NCBI GenBank assembly: GCA_965219455.1
Contig: OZ244744.1
Coordinates: forward strand, 1,760,001-1,824,000
Source of the DNA: Candidatus Latescibacterota bacterium
GTDB taxonomy: Bacteria; Latescibacterota; UBA2968; GCA-2709665
Reading direction: 5' to 3'
Length of the DNA: 64,000 nt
The position numbers and the translations under genes were made by a program. Below the pieces are notes generated by a model. The model was not told the origin of the DNA and ran no database searches. It saw only the letters and a list, made by a program, of their open reading frames with translations. Shown here one piece after another: positions 30,194 to 40,620 of this stretch (positions within the stretch are counted from its first letter, which is position 1; each line of letters begins with the position of its first letter).

Positions 30194-31081
30194 ATGGAGA
30201 CACGCACGCTGGGAAGGACTGATCTGGTCGTCACCCGCCTGGGGTTTGGCGGCGCCAGGATCGGGCTCGAAGACGTAAACCCCGATCGGGTGGGAAGGGT
30301 GCTGAACCGGCTGCTGGACGACGGGATCACGTTGATCGACACCGCCGCATGCTACCACGACAGCGAGGAACTGATCGGCCGGTACATCGGTGGGAGGCGG
30401 AACGAATACGTGCTGGCCACGAAGTGCGGCCACGTGACCGGAGACGCAACTGGCGAGCCGTGGACACGGGCCGTGATCGAGGAAAGCATCGACCGGTCGT
30501 TGCAGCGGCTGAGGACGGACCACGTCGACCTGGTCCAACTCCACACCTGTTCGGCGGACGTGCTCCGGGAGGGAGAAGCCGTAGACGCCGTGATGCGGGC
30601 GAAGAAAGCGGGAAAGACGCGGTACGTGGGTTACAGCGGCGACGGCGATGACGCGCTGGAGGCGATCCGGATGGGGGTATTCAGCACGCTGCAGACGTCG
30701 TTCAACCTGGTGGATCAGAAAGGGCGCGCCGACGTGCTTCCGGAGGCGAAGGCGGCGGAGATGGGCGTGATCGCCAAAAGGCCGATTGCGAACGGGGCGA
30801 TCGGGCAGTCAGCGTCGCCGTACGGTTACGCCGACGCCTACTTTAAGCGGGCGCGGCAGCTTGAGATTCCGGATGGGGCCCCCGAGGATCCCATCGAACT
30901 TTCGCTACGTTTTACGCTTTCACAGGATGCCATCGATACGGCCATTGTGGGAACGACGAATCCGGATCATGCCCGGGATAACCTGGAACTGACGGAAAAG
31001 GGACCTCTCGCCAACGCCGTGCTGGATTCCTTTTACAGCCAGTTCGATGCCCTGGGGGCGGAGTGGAACCCGCAGACGTGA
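30194..31081 (+). CDS. Aldo/keto reductase
   Basis: LIDTAACY, ATKCG, SLQRLRTDHVDLVQLH. Confidence 0.93.
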   Translation: METRTLGRTDLVVTRLGFGGARIGLEDVNPDRVGRVLNRLLDDGITLIDTAACYHDSEELIGRYIGGRRNEYVLATKCGHVTGDATGEPWTRAVIEESIDRSLQRLRTDHVDLVQLHTCSADVLREGEAVDAVMRAKKAGKTRYVGYSGDGDDALEAIRMGVFSTLQTSFNLVDQKGRADVLPEAKAAEMGVIAKRPIANGAIGQSASPYGYADAYFKRARQLEIPDGAPEDPIELSLRFTLSQDAIDTAIVGTTNPDHARDNLELTEKGPLANAVLDSFYSQFDALGAEWNPQT

Positions 31082-31239
31082 ATAAAGGAAACACGAGTTC
31101 GCTCACTTGAGATGCATGGAGCCGCGACAAACGTCTCGTAGTGGGAAGGTGAGTCCGATCGGAGACCCGCACGGATTCCCGTTCGACGCGGGGATGCGAA
31201 ATCGGTTGACGGGTCGTCGATTTTTGACTTGGGATTCCC

Positions 31240-32079
31240 CTACCGACAATCCCAGCGGCTGGGGTTGATACCGGGCGCGTCGCTGGCCATGTCGGCCGGT
31301 TTGTTGCCGCCCTGGAAGTCCCAGTGGCGGGTGTTGGGATCGGCAAACAACGGGCGCACGGTTTCGGGCAGGGCGGCGAGATCGGCGTCGTTCCACGCGG
31401 GGACCTCGGCAATGGGGCCGGCCCACGCGGGGCGGTAGGCAATAGCGAGCATTTCACGGGCATGGGCGCCGGTGTTCGGGAAGTTCCCGTGAAAAACTTT
31501 GTGGTTGATCAGAACGGCGCCGCCTGTATTGACGGGGACCATCACCTGTTCGGGATGGTCCTCGTAGCGTTTGTACGGGTTGGCGTCGGCATGCATGGAC
31601 AGATGGGAGCGGGGTATGACCCGGAAGGGCGAGACATCCCGCGTGAGGTCGTCCAGGTAATACAGCACTCTGGCCATGAACGGAACGCTGCCGCCGTAGC
31701 CGAAGATCCGGGAGCCGTAGGGCTGGCCGTCGGTATGGAGGCTGATGCCGGGGTGGCCGGGTTCGGAGCGGGCGTACGTGCAGGACATGAAGATGGTCTC
31801 GCCGCCGAAGAGTTCGTTCAGGAAGGCGAGAGTGGGAGGATGGGCGATGAGCTCGGTGATGTGGCCGCCGGTGAACTGCAGATTCGGGCAGACCTGCTGG
31901 TGGACGCTATAGTCCACCGGCCGGGTCTCCAACCTGCCGGTCTCCGCCTTGAGCGCGGCGACGTGCCCGGGAGTGAGCAGATCGGGCAGGACAAGGTATC
32001 CGTCGAGTTCAATCTGGCGGATGCGTTCGCCGAGGGTCAGTGCGGACCAATCGCGGTCGTCAACGCGGACCGAGTCCAT
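31240..32079 (-). CDS. PhyH family dioxygenase
   Basis: LHTD, YYLDDLT, VIPRSH, FHGNFPN. Confidence 0.9.
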   Translation of the reverse strand: MDSVRVDDRDWSALTLGERIRQIELDGYLVLPDLLTPGHVAALKAETGRLETRPVDYSVHQQVCPNLQFTGGHITELIAHPPTLAFLNELFGGETIFMSCTYARSEPGHPGISLHTDGQPYGSRIFGYGGSVPFMARVLYYLDDLTRDVSPFRVIPRSHLSMHADANPYKRYEDHPEQVMVPVNTGGAVLINHKVFHGNFPNTGAHAREMLAIAYRPAWAGPIAEVPAWNDADLAALPETVRPLFADPNTRHWDFQGGNKPADMASDAPGINPSRWDCR

Positions 32080-32168
32080 GCCATACCTCGCTTCCCGGGT
32101 TGGACATTGGGGCAATTCGCGCGGGCGCGCCCTGCCGCGATGTCATTCGGCCCCGCGGCCGGAGCGGA

Positions 32169-33236
32169 TCAGACGCGGTACTTTTCGATCCTGGATTCGT
32201 CGACTTCCACGCCGAGGCCGGGGCCAAGGGGGACTTTCAGCCGGCCGTTTTCGAACGCCAGGGGCTCGGTCAGAATATCGTCGACGAGGCCGTGGTAGCA
32301 CGTGTCGTTAGGCCCTGAGAAGTTGGGTGTTGAAGCTGCAATTTGGGTAATCGCGGCGGTCTTGAGGCCCAGATCGTGGGAGCAGTGCATCAGACACGGA
32401 ACGTTCCAGGGCTCCGCCGCATCCGCGATTTTCCTGACGCGAAGCAGCGCGCCGGCGGCCGGGGTGTCCGGCATAAGGGAATCGGCGCAGCCGGCTTCCA
32501 GAAAAGGCCGGATGCTGTCGGGCAGGGCCACGCCGCCGTTCACGAGGACGTGAGTGCCGACTTCGGACCGCACCCGCGCCAGCGTTTCCACGTGCTCGGT
32601 ATGGCACGGGTCTTCAAAGTGTCGGACGCCCAGGTCCGCCATTTTTTTCATAATGTCCAGCGTCTCTTCCGGGGGGTATCCACCGTTCGCATCCGGACGG
32701 AACACGGCTTCGTCCCCGATCTCCTTCTGCGCCGCTTCGGCAATGGCCAGGTCCTGCGCGGGGTCGTTTCCCGCCTTTGTTTTGATGAAACGGAACCCCC
32801 ACCGGTCGATGTATTCTCGCGCGGTAGCGGCCGACTGTTCGGGTTCCTTCAGGCCCATGCAGGCGGTGAAGTCGACCTCGGTGCGGACAACGCCGCCCAT
32901 CAGGCGGCACAGCGGCAGGCCGGCGTGCTTGCCCAGGAGGTCCCAGAGCGCCATTTCAATACCCGACATCGGACCCCTGGTGATGCCCGCGCTTTCCATC
33001 AGGCCGATCGCCATTTCGATATCCGAGACATGGTTGCCCGCAAGGATCGTGTTGGGGTCCGATTCGAAACCGCCGGTTCCCTCGCCCCATCCGACGAGGC
33101 CCGTGTCGGCTTCGATTCTGACAATAAGCCCGGTCCCACCCAGCGTGCCGCCGCCGGCGCCTCGACCGACGTAAGGTCCGACCGGCGCGGCATAGGGAAT
33201 CGTGACGGTCGTCGCCGTGATGTTCTTGATGATCAT
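32169..33236 (-). CDS. Mandelate racemase/muconate lactonizing enzyme family protein
   Basis: EMALWDLLGK..GLPL, KTK, DANGG, EDP, GPGLGVEVD. Confidence 0.92.
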   Translation of the reverse strand: MIIKNITATTVTIPYAAPVGPYVGRGAGGGTLGGTGLIVRIEADTGLVGWGEGTGGFESDPNTILAGNHVSDIEMAIGLMESAGITRGPMSGIEMALWDLLGKHAGLPLCRLMGGVVRTEVDFTACMGLKEPEQSAATAREYIDRWGFRFIKTKAGNDPAQDLAIAEAAQKEIGDEAVFRPDANGGYPPEETLDIMKKMADLGVRHFEDPCHTEHVETLARVRSEVGTHVLVNGGVALPDSIRPFLEAGCADSLMPDTPAAGALLRVRKIADAAEPWNVPCLMHCSHDLGLKTAAITQIAASTPNFSGPNDTCYHGLVDDILTEPLAFENGRLKVPLGPGLGVEVDESRIEKYRV

Positions 33237-33308
33237 CGTGAAATCCCTCCACGGGTTGTGTGCGCCACGCAGGCGCCCGAACGCTGTGCCGCGCCGTCCT
33301 GTACGCTG

Positions 33309-33746
33309 TTATCCACTCGATTTTCCCGCTGCCGCGATATGCGCCGTGATCTTGCCGGTCATCTCCTCCGCGGAATTTTTGCGGGTCAGGGTCTCCACAA
33401 CGGTGTTATTGGCGGAATCGATGAGCAGAACCAGGCCCGTTCTGTTGTTGGCCTTGAGATGCGCCTCGATACCGAGCGCGGCTGCCAGCAGGCGGGATTG
33501 GGCGGTGCGGGCCGCGTCGGTCACGTCTAATTCAACAAAGAGGACGGGCTTATCGGCCACAGCCGTACGAACCTCGTTGAGGACGGGCGCCAGGGCTGTA
33601 CAGGCGCCACACCAGTCGGCGTGTACCTTCACGACGTAAAGGGCCGGGGCGCCCTGGCCATCCACCGCTACGGTACCCGCGAGAGCGGGACCGGCGACAA
33701 GAACCATGGAAAGGGCTGCGGCGGCGAACGTGCGTCGAATGCGCAT
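33309..33746 (-). CDS. Exported thioredoxin-domain protein
   Basis: Signal peptide, HADWCGAC; RBS AAGGAG. Confidence 0.85.
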   Translation of the reverse strand: MRIRRTFAAAALSMVLVAGPALAGTVAVDGQGAPALYVVKVHADWCGACTALAPVLNEVRTAVADKPVLFVELDVTDAARTAQSRLLAAALGIEAHLKANNRTGLVLLIDSANNTVVETLTRKNSAEEMTGKITAHIAAAGKSSG

Positions 33747-34091
33747 GGACCAACTCCTTTGAAACGGTGTGAGAACGGACCGGGCCGGCGGCGGCCCAAC
33801 GACTGGGCGTGCGCCGGGCCGGATCGGATGTACTACAAACAGTCGACGGCTCACCGTGACTGACGAAGTATAGACGACCCTTGTGGCCCGCTGGTTCCCT
33901 TAATCGAAACGATAGGCGCCCGCCAGTCAGTCGCGCGTTCCACCTTCGCGCCGTCGCGAACGGGCGCTTGATATTATCGGGTCCGGTGTTATATTTTCCG
34001 TAGGCAGACCTGCGGCTGCCCTTCGGTCTGACGAGCTATATCGTCACATCTGCCGCGTGAGCGGTCGTCGACTATCAGAGAGCGAGGAATC

Positions 34092-34556
34092 ATGGGCATT
34101 GTAATGGGACACCATCACGGATTTACGGTATCGGACCTGGAGCGTTCGGTCTCGTTCTACCGGGACCTGCTCGGGATGGAGCTGGTGCGGATATCGGAAC
34201 GTAAGAATCTGCCGTCGTACGATACCATTCTGGGGTACGACGAGGTGCATCTGATGATCGCGATCCTGCGGCATCCCGTGAATGAGTTTATCCTGGAACT
34301 CGTGCAGTACGTTCATCCGGAAGTCGAAGCGCGGCCCCAGGAGAACCGGTTTCTGGGCGCGTCGCACGTGGCGTTCGAGGTGGACGACGTGGATGCGATG
34401 CACGCGCGGCTGAAGGACGCGGGGCTCGGATCCATCAATCCGCCCGCGGACGTGGACCGCGACGGGGTGGTCGTTGCCCGCGCCATGTACGCGCTGGACC
34501 CTGACGGGATCAGCATCGAGATGTTCCAGGAGTACGAGGACGTAATCAGGAGATGA
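34092..34556 (+). CDS. VOC/glyoxalase family protein
   Basis: HHGFTVSDLERSVSFYRDLLG, HVAFEVDD, DPDGISIE. Confidence 0.92.
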   Translation: MGIVMGHHHGFTVSDLERSVSFYRDLLGMELVRISERKNLPSYDTILGYDEVHLMIAILRHPVNEFILELVQYVHPEVEARPQENRFLGASHVAFEVDDVDAMHARLKDAGLGSINPPADVDRDGVVVARAMYALDPDGISIEMFQEYEDVIRR

Positions 34557-34649
34557 ATAAGGCAGCGGTCAGCTCTCAGCTTGAGGCAAAAACCGAAAAC
34601 CAAACCGCAAAACCGACACCGCGCGAATGCAAGCGCCGTTATTGCATAT

Positions 34650-34674
34650 GTAGGGGCAACCCTTGTGGTTGCCC
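34650..34674 (+). repeat. GTAG REP-like palindrome
   Basis: GTAGGGGCAACCCTTGTGGTTGCCC; same motif reversed at 47956-47980 and 62352-62374. Confidence 0.85.
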
Positions 34675-34815
34675 GAAAAATGGCGCTGACATCGTAGATG
34701 GATTTCGCGTGTCCATATCGCTAACCGGTTTTGGCTGATAACTGACAGCTAGACGCTGATAGCTGGGTCTCGGGGTCGTCTCCCGTCTTCCGTCTCACCT
34801 CTCCCCTGATGCGAG

Positions 34816-35412
34816 CTACTTGGAAAACCGGAGCAGCACCTGCGGTCCGTTCGGATTCGCCACGCGGACGGCGTGTCCCAGGTTGAGGTCCTTGATCCGG
34901 GCGATTTTGTTTTCGATGGTTTTGGGCTCGCGGTCGTAAAAACCCAGAATCAGCCGTCCATCGTCTCTCACGTTTTCGAGGGCGCGTTTAAGAAGATCGA
35001 TCCGGTCCTGGCGGTCGAACCGGTAATTATCCCACACGGCCCAGTAGATGAAATCGTACTGTTCGAGAAGGCCGTGAGAATTGATTTCGCCCAGCCGCTC
35101 GACCGGAAGACGGGCGAAATGGTCGCGCTGTGAAGGGAAGAACCGCCCGGTATCCCCGGCCCTGCCGGCGCTGGCGTCGATGCCGAACGGAGTGAGTTCG
35201 TGGTCGGTCCATTCCGTGAGGCACCGCAGCAGGAACCCGTTGGCGCAGCCGATATCCAGCAGCGTTCCGGGGCGGTGGATCGCTGAAGCGATGAAGGCCC
35301 GGGCGTGCTTCCAGGTTTCAAAGGACGGGCCGTCGACACAGCTTCCATTGAGCGCAAACCTGAGCAGGCGTGGGTCTGTCTCCAGGCTGCTCAGGTCGAT
35401 GGTGTCATTCAC
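34816..35412 (-). CDS. Class I SAM-dependent methyltransferase
   Basis: LLDIGCANG motif I. Confidence 0.8.
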   Translation of the reverse strand: MNDTIDLSSLETDPRLLRFALNGSCVDGPSFETWKHARAFIASAIHRPGTLLDIGCANGFLLRCLTEWTDHELTPFGIDASAGRAGDTGRFFPSQRDHFARLPVERLGEINSHGLLEQYDFIYWAVWDNYRFDRQDRIDLLKRALENVRDDGRLILGFYDREPKTIENKIARIKDLNLGHAVRVANPNGPQVLLRFSK

Positions 35413-35497
35413 AGGATCGTCTTTGGCGGCAGGTGGTTTCTTTTCCGGTGCAGGGCCGGTTCCGCGGCGGGTGCTTTTTAATCCCGATGTTTCGATG

Positions 35498-36142
35498 CTA
35501 CCGCGGTTCGTAGGTTCCGGATCCCTTAAGTGGAAGCGGTACGGCCCAGATGTTCCGATAGGCTACTCGATCCTTGTGGACCTGCAGGCGCAGGGGGCCG
35601 GAGGTTTCCACCGCCATACTGGAAGCGGAACCGGTGGGGCCTGAAATCCCGACGTTGTTGTGAATGGCGATGCCGTTTTGAAGTACCGTGGCGCGGGCTT
35701 GCTCGCTGACTTCCCCGACGTCGTTCATGCGCGGCGCGCGGAAGAAGATGTCATACGTCTGCCATTCCATTGCGGGCTTGCAGGCGTTGACCAGGGGGGA
35801 CGACTGATCGTAGAGGGCGCCGCAATCGCCGGTGCCGGGAATGTTTACCCCGAATGAATCCAGAACCTGGATCTCATAGATGCCCTGGAGGAAAACCCCG
35901 CTGTTGCCCTTGGCCTGGCCCTTGGCGTCGGGCATGTCAGGGCATCGGAACTCCAGGTGGAGATAGAAATCGGTCAGGCGTTCGGTATTCACAATATCCC
36001 CGGCCCGGGGCACGACCTGGAGGATGCCGTCTTCCACGGTCCAGCCGGGTTCGCCGCCGTCCAGGGCGGTCCAGTTACTGAGGTCCTTGCCGTTGAACAG
36101 GACAAAGGCGTTGGGAGGCGCCGCGAGTTGCAATGTGTTCAT
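35498..36142 (-). CDS. DUF1080 (3-keto-disaccharide hydrolase-like) protein
   Basis: LFNGKDLSNW, GNSGVF..YEIQVLD, WQTYDI, YRNIW. Confidence 0.9.
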   Translation of the reverse strand: MNTLQLAAPPNAFVLFNGKDLSNWTALDGGEPGWTVEDGILQVVPRAGDIVNTERLTDFYLHLEFRCPDMPDAKGQAKGNSGVFLQGIYEIQVLDSFGVNIPGTGDCGALYDQSSPLVNACKPAMEWQTYDIFFRAPRMNDVGEVSEQARATVLQNGIAIHNNVGISGPTGSASSMAVETSGPLRLQVHKDRVAYRNIWAVPLPLKGSGTYEPR

Positions 36143-36376
36143 CAAGGAGTCCTTTCTCTTTAATCGGGTCCGGACGCGGAGGGCGTCGGAATGGAAATCC
36201 CGCGACCGGTATAGAATAACGCCGCCGTGCGCGATGCACAAGGCGGATTTGCCTCGCCCCGTATTCAGGATATCCCGGTAAGCCCGATGCACAATATTCA
36301 GGAATGGGCGGTCTGCGTCAAAGCGGTCAAGCCCCGTCCGGAGTCGAGCACTTAGCATACGTCCGGAGGATGAAAT

Positions 36377-37447
36377 ATGGAACACGTCGTTATCTACAGG
36401 GAAAAGGGGCGGTACGCCGGGTGGCCGGCGAATTACGGGATCTGGTCCTGGGGAGACGAGATCGTGGTGGGGTTCACGCTGGGGTATCACAGGTCGGACG
36501 GCGGATTTCACCGGCGGGACCGGGACCGGCCGTTCGAGACCATGCAGGCACGCAGTCCGGACGGTGGCCGGACCTGGACGGTTGAACCGATGCCCATCGC
36601 GTCTCCGGACGACAAAGGGGTGTCGGCTAACGAGCATATGAACCGTTCCCTGGAAATAGAAGAGGCGGTTGCGCTACCACAGGGACACCCCAAGGGGATC
36701 GATTTCAGCCATCCGGATTTCGCGCTGATGTGCGCGCGGACGGGACTCGCGGCCGGAGCACGGTCCTGGTTCTACACGTCGAAGGATCGGTGTCGGTCCT
36801 GGGATGGACCGTTCGGTCTGCCCATGTTCGGATTGCCGGGCATCGCGGCGCGGACGGATTATCTCGTGGAAGGCACGGATACCTGCACGTTATTCCTGAC
36901 GTCGGCCAAGTCCAACGGACGCGAGGGCAGGGTATTCTGCGCGCGGACTACGGACGGCGGAAAGACGTTCGCGTTCGTATCATGGATCGGAGAGGAACCC
37001 GAGGGATTCGCCATCATGCCGGCCAGCGTGCGGCTTCCAGGGGGACGCCTCCTGGTGGCCGTTCGATGCCGTGGAGGCAGCGAGAGCCGGGACGGAAACT
37101 GGATCGACCTTTACTTTTCGGACGACAACGCGGCGAACTGGCGCTATATGTACCGGCCGGCAGCGGAAACCGGGACAGGCGGCAACCCGCCCGCGATGAT
37201 GCTGCTTGCCGACGGACGCCTGTGTCTGGTATACGGGTACCGGGATGCGCCTTCGGGCCTGCGGGCGGTATTGAGCGAAGACGAGGGGGCGACGTGGGGA
37301 AACCCGGTGATCCTTCGGGACGACGGCGGGGACCACGACGTCGGTTATCCGCGGGCGGTGCAGCGGCCCGACGGCAGCGTCGTTTCGGCGTATTATTACG
37401 ACGACGAGCCCGACGGCGAGCGGTACATCGCCGCCACGATCTGGTAG
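36377..37447 (+). CDS. Sialidase-like BNR/Asp-box protein
   Basis: Asp-boxes SPDGGRTW, TTDGGKTF, SDDNAANW, SEDEGATW. Confidence 0.88.
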   Translation: MEHVVIYREKGRYAGWPANYGIWSWGDEIVVGFTLGYHRSDGGFHRRDRDRPFETMQARSPDGGRTWTVEPMPIASPDDKGVSANEHMNRSLEIEEAVALPQGHPKGIDFSHPDFALMCARTGLAAGARSWFYTSKDRCRSWDGPFGLPMFGLPGIAARTDYLVEGTDTCTLFLTSAKSNGREGRVFCARTTDGGKTFAFVSWIGEEPEGFAIMPASVRLPGGRLLVAVRCRGGSESRDGNWIDLYFSDDNAANWRYMYRPAAETGTGGNPPAMMLLADGRLCLVYGYRDAPSGLRAVLSEDEGATWGNPVILRDDGGDHDVGYPRAVQRPDGSVVSAYYYDDEPDGERYIAATIW

Positions 37448-37594
37448 CGTAATCCTTCAGGAAACGGTTTCGGGGCCTTTCTTTCATTGAGAATTCCGTA
37501 ATGCCGTGTGGTTGTACGGGCTTGACATTGCGGATGAAGGCTTTATTTTGAATGGACATTCCAGGGAATCATTAACTCATACGGAGGAGAGCAA

Positions 37595-38188
37595 ATGGCG
37601 GATCTGCACAATTCATGGCAGCGGGATTTCGACGTTTACGACCGGTTGGAGGCGCTGGGGATCGATCTGGGGTCAAGGGAGGACGCGTGTCCGGCGCCCC
37701 AGGGAAGGCGGATTTGCATGGCCACGTTTACGCCTTCAGGGCTGGTGTTTACATCGGGCACCGGAGGCGGCGTCGGGGCGGTCACCAACGACGACGCGGA
37801 CGTGGAAGCCGGTTTCGAGGCGGGGCGGGAGGCGGGCATCTCCCACGTCGTGACGCTGCATTGGGCGCTGGAACCGTACGGTACACTCAACGACGTGTGG
37901 TATTGCGTGAAATGCATCGGGATGGTGAATTCCGCCGGCGGCGGATCATTCTCCAAGTCGCCCCAGGTCGTGGACGGGTATAGCACGGTTTTTCACGACG
38001 TGTTCGGAGGACCGGCATCGCAGTTTGCGGAAAGTGGGATGGACGCGTCGCTATCGGGATGGCACGCCCGGAGCGCGGTGGCGGGGTTCGACCTGCCGGG
38101 ACACTGCAAAATCGAACCGGAGATGATTGTGCAGATCGATCCGGAACTGGCGCTGCGGATTATTCGGGAACGCGGTCCGCACGTTTAG
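37595..38188 (+). CDS. RidA/YjgF-like protein
   Basis: VFTSG, VKCIGMVNS, HARSAVAGFDLP..EPE; RBS GGAGGAG. Confidence 0.75.
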   Translation: MADLHNSWQRDFDVYDRLEALGIDLGSREDACPAPQGRRICMATFTPSGLVFTSGTGGGVGAVTNDDADVEAGFEAGREAGISHVVTLHWALEPYGTLNDVWYCVKCIGMVNSAGGGSFSKSPQVVDGYSTVFHDVFGGPASQFAESGMDASLSGWHARSAVAGFDLPGHCKIEPEMIVQIDPELALRIIRERGPHV

Positions 38189-38209
38189 GTACGCCGCAGA
38201 AAGAGACAC

Positions 38210-38241
38210 AAAACGGGGGCGAGTTTATCGCCCCCGTTTTC
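38210..38241. terminator. Rho-independent terminator, possibly bidirectional
   Basis: AAAACGGGGGCGA-GTTTA-TCGCCCCCGTTTT perfect hairpin between convergent genes. Confidence 0.8.
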
Positions 38242-38292
38242 AATTACGTTGCAATTAGCAATTGGCGGCCAGCCAAAGGTGAAAACCAAAAG

Positions 38293-38388
38293 TCCACATC
38301 TCCCCAAATTCCCTGCCTACGGCGTGTTCCTTTTGAAGCAAGAAAAAGGGCAAGGGAATAGGGGACGTTTGGGGGTGGGGAGACTCTA
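38293..38388 (+). repeat. Copy 3 of interspersed element: outer left half-arm fused directly to outer right half-arm
   Basis: Matches about 40623-40669 then 41112-41165, joined at shared GAAGC (38335-38339). Confidence 0.85.
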
Positions 38389-38405
38389 TTTCCCTCCCCT
38401 CCGTT

Positions 38406-38633
38406 TCAGGACGACACCAGCTTCAGTTTTTCCGCGATCCAGAACTTGATAATGGATTGTCGCGTTACACCCAACCGCCTGGCTTCCTTGTCCAATGAAT
38501 GAACCATCCAGATCGGGAAATCGACATTTACGCGCTTCGGTTCCCGGGCAGGTCTTCTCGCCCGATCAAGGTCCAGGTACCCGGTGATATCTTCTCCGCT
38601 GTCGAACCTTTCGTCAAGTTCCTTCGCTTTCAT
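38406..38633 (-). CDS. brnA: BrnA-like CopG/RHH antitoxin
   Basis: MKAKELDERFDSGEDI...RVNVDFP.W....LDKEARRLGVTRQSIIK; overlaps the toxin gene. Confidence 0.88.
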   Translation of the reverse strand: MKAKELDERFDSGEDITGYLDLDRARRPAREPKRVNVDFPIWMVHSLDKEARRLGVTRQSIIKFWIAEKLKLVSS

Positions 38634-38883
38634 AGATTTCGATCTCCTCCTTTCGGGACCGACGCACGGATATAATCCGGATTTTCTCCCCGCGATAGGT
38701 GACAATGCCAGACCAGTATGCTCCCTGATGCCTGCCGATCACCAGAAATCTGGGTTCTTCTTCGACGCGCGCCGGAATCTCAATCAAGTTGGAATCCTCC
38801 CATATCTCTTGGGCCTCGATGAAATCGATGCCGTGTTTTTCCATGTTTCTCCTGCTCTTCTTGTCGTCGAACTCAAACTCCAT
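38614..38883 (-). CDS. brnT: BrnT family toxin
   Basis: MEFEFD..K...N..KHGIDF, EPRF..IG, RIISVRR. Confidence 0.92.
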   Translation of the reverse strand: MEFEFDDKKSRRNMEKHGIDFIEAQEIWEDSNLIEIPARVEEEPRFLVIGRHQGAYWSGIVTYRGEKIRIISVRRSRKEEIEIYESEGT

Positions 38884-39041
38884 TTACGGCATCCGTCCAA
38901 TTAGCCCCTCTCGAGTATTCAATTCAGCATACCCTCTGAGAATATATATTATAATTATATATTAACAATATAAAATTTATACTATTTTAATAGCATTTCT
39001 CAATATCCCTGCCATTATGTGGGCACGTGGACCTCTCGCCC

Positions 39042-40109
39042 CTACACCCGATAACGGTCCTCATCGGCAGGTTCGACGGTGTCTTCCGACATGGACACGT
39101 TGAGCCGGTCTGCACAATCCCTTAAACTCTCCATGATGGTGTGGGGAATATCGAATCCTTCGGCGAGGCGCTTCACGCGGGTGCGGTGTTCGAAGTCGCC
39201 GGGCACGAGAACCTCGTCGAAGCCCGGAGCCGGGGGGATGGCCTTGATATTGTCCAGGAACGCGCGAATGCCGCGCTGGTAGGGCGCCAGCGGCGTAAAA
39301 GCGCTGACGCGTATCACCTGCATGAAGGCGCCGGCGAGGGTCCCCTGCTCCACTTCCGAAGCCCCCGACAGGCCGCTTAACAGGCAGGTCAACAGCAAGA
39401 GACCGGAGCCCTTGTGCGCCCCGAACGGCAGGAGATAGCCGCCGTCGTAGAAGTCCTGCGGGTCGGTGCTGGGTTTACCGTGCCGGTCCAGGATATATCC
39501 TTCCGGCAGGTCTGCATTTTCGGCCCGCGCAACCTGCAGCTTGCCTTCGGCCACGATGCTGGTGGCGATGTCCAGGATGAACGGGGCAGCGTCGCCGGTG
39601 GGTACGCCCACGGCGATGGGGTTGGTGCCCAGGGGACCGCTGGCTGCGCCGTACGGCGCAACGGCGTCCACGGTCCCCACGCCGATGGTGATGATACCGA
39701 TACAGCCGGCGCGGGCGGCGATCTCCGCGTACTCGCCGAGCCGGCCGAAGTGGCCGACGCGTCTGAAACTGATGCAGCACACCCCCGATTGCGCCCCGTT
39801 TTCTATGGCCAGGTCAATGGCCTTCCGGGCAGTGTAGATGCCCATACCGTGGTGGCCGTCGATAGTCAGTGTATTCGTGTGCTGCCGGACGACCTCCGGT
39901 TCGGCGGCTGGAACGATGGCGCCGCTCGCGATCCCGTCCAGATAGGTCGGGATGCGGAGGACACCGTGGGAGTCGTGCCCGGAAAGGTTGGAATTGACCA
40001 GGATTTCGGAAACGGTATCCGCAACGTGGCGTGGAGCGCCGGAAGCCATCAGCAGGTTGCGGGAGATGGCGTGCGTATGCGCGGGGCGGAATCGTTGTGC
40101 GGTCGACAT
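39042..40109 (-). CDS. Ldh_2 family (malate/L-lactate/ureidoglycolate) oxidoreductase
   Basis: GHDSHG, HFGRLG, GTNPIA, DIATS, HKGSGL. Confidence 0.92.
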   Translation of the reverse strand: MSTAQRFRPAHTHAISRNLLMASGAPRHVADTVSEILVNSNLSGHDSHGVLRIPTYLDGIASGAIVPAAEPEVVRQHTNTLTIDGHHGMGIYTARKAIDLAIENGAQSGVCCISFRRVGHFGRLGEYAEIAARAGCIGIITIGVGTVDAVAPYGAASGPLGTNPIAVGVPTGDAAPFILDIATSIVAEGKLQVARAENADLPEGYILDRHGKPSTDPQDFYDGGYLLPFGAHKGSGLLLLTCLLSGLSGASEVEQGTLAGAFMQVIRVSAFTPLAPYQRGIRAFLDNIKAIPPAPGFDEVLVPGDFEHRTRVKRLAEGFDIPHTIMESLRDCADRLNVSMSEDTVEPADEDRYRV

Positions 40110-40620
40110 GGTCTGCGCTCCGGAAGGGCAAGGGGTTGCGATGCGGAAGGACTGGGGATATATTGGCGTCGTTCGACCGTTCGCGACGACGTATGATTGC
40201 GATTCCCGGTCACCGCCAATTTAGCAAAATGAGCGATCGGTTTCCACCAAAATGATGCCCGCGCCTGACCGGCGGTCAACGATGCCAATGCGTTCGGCAA
40301 CGAAGATGGGAGCGCCCGGAGAGGAGGCCTGCGATAGATCGCAAAATCACCATCACTCGTGAGCTCTGCGAAGCGTCGCCGGGCCCCGCGAAGTGCGTAA
40401 GCCGCGATCAGCGCTATGTCCGTTCGGGAGGATCGAGCTGTATCTCACCAGGCTCGGCGCCGATCCGCGGGATTTCTGGCGCTCGAATGCCTTCCGCTAC
40501 CTCATCGACACCACGTGAGTCCTGGGACCTCTCCCCCCGGCCCGCTCAGGAATAGCTATCTGCAATCAGCCTTCAGCAGTCAGCTAAAAACGTAAGGCAA
40601 AAGGCGGAAAACAACGTCAA

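Noticed and set aside
40423-40518. Possible 3' gene remnant (FGRIELYLTRLGADPRDFWRSNAFRYLIDTT-stop)
   Set aside because: Codon usage looks gene-like, but it is too short to assign and has no credible start.
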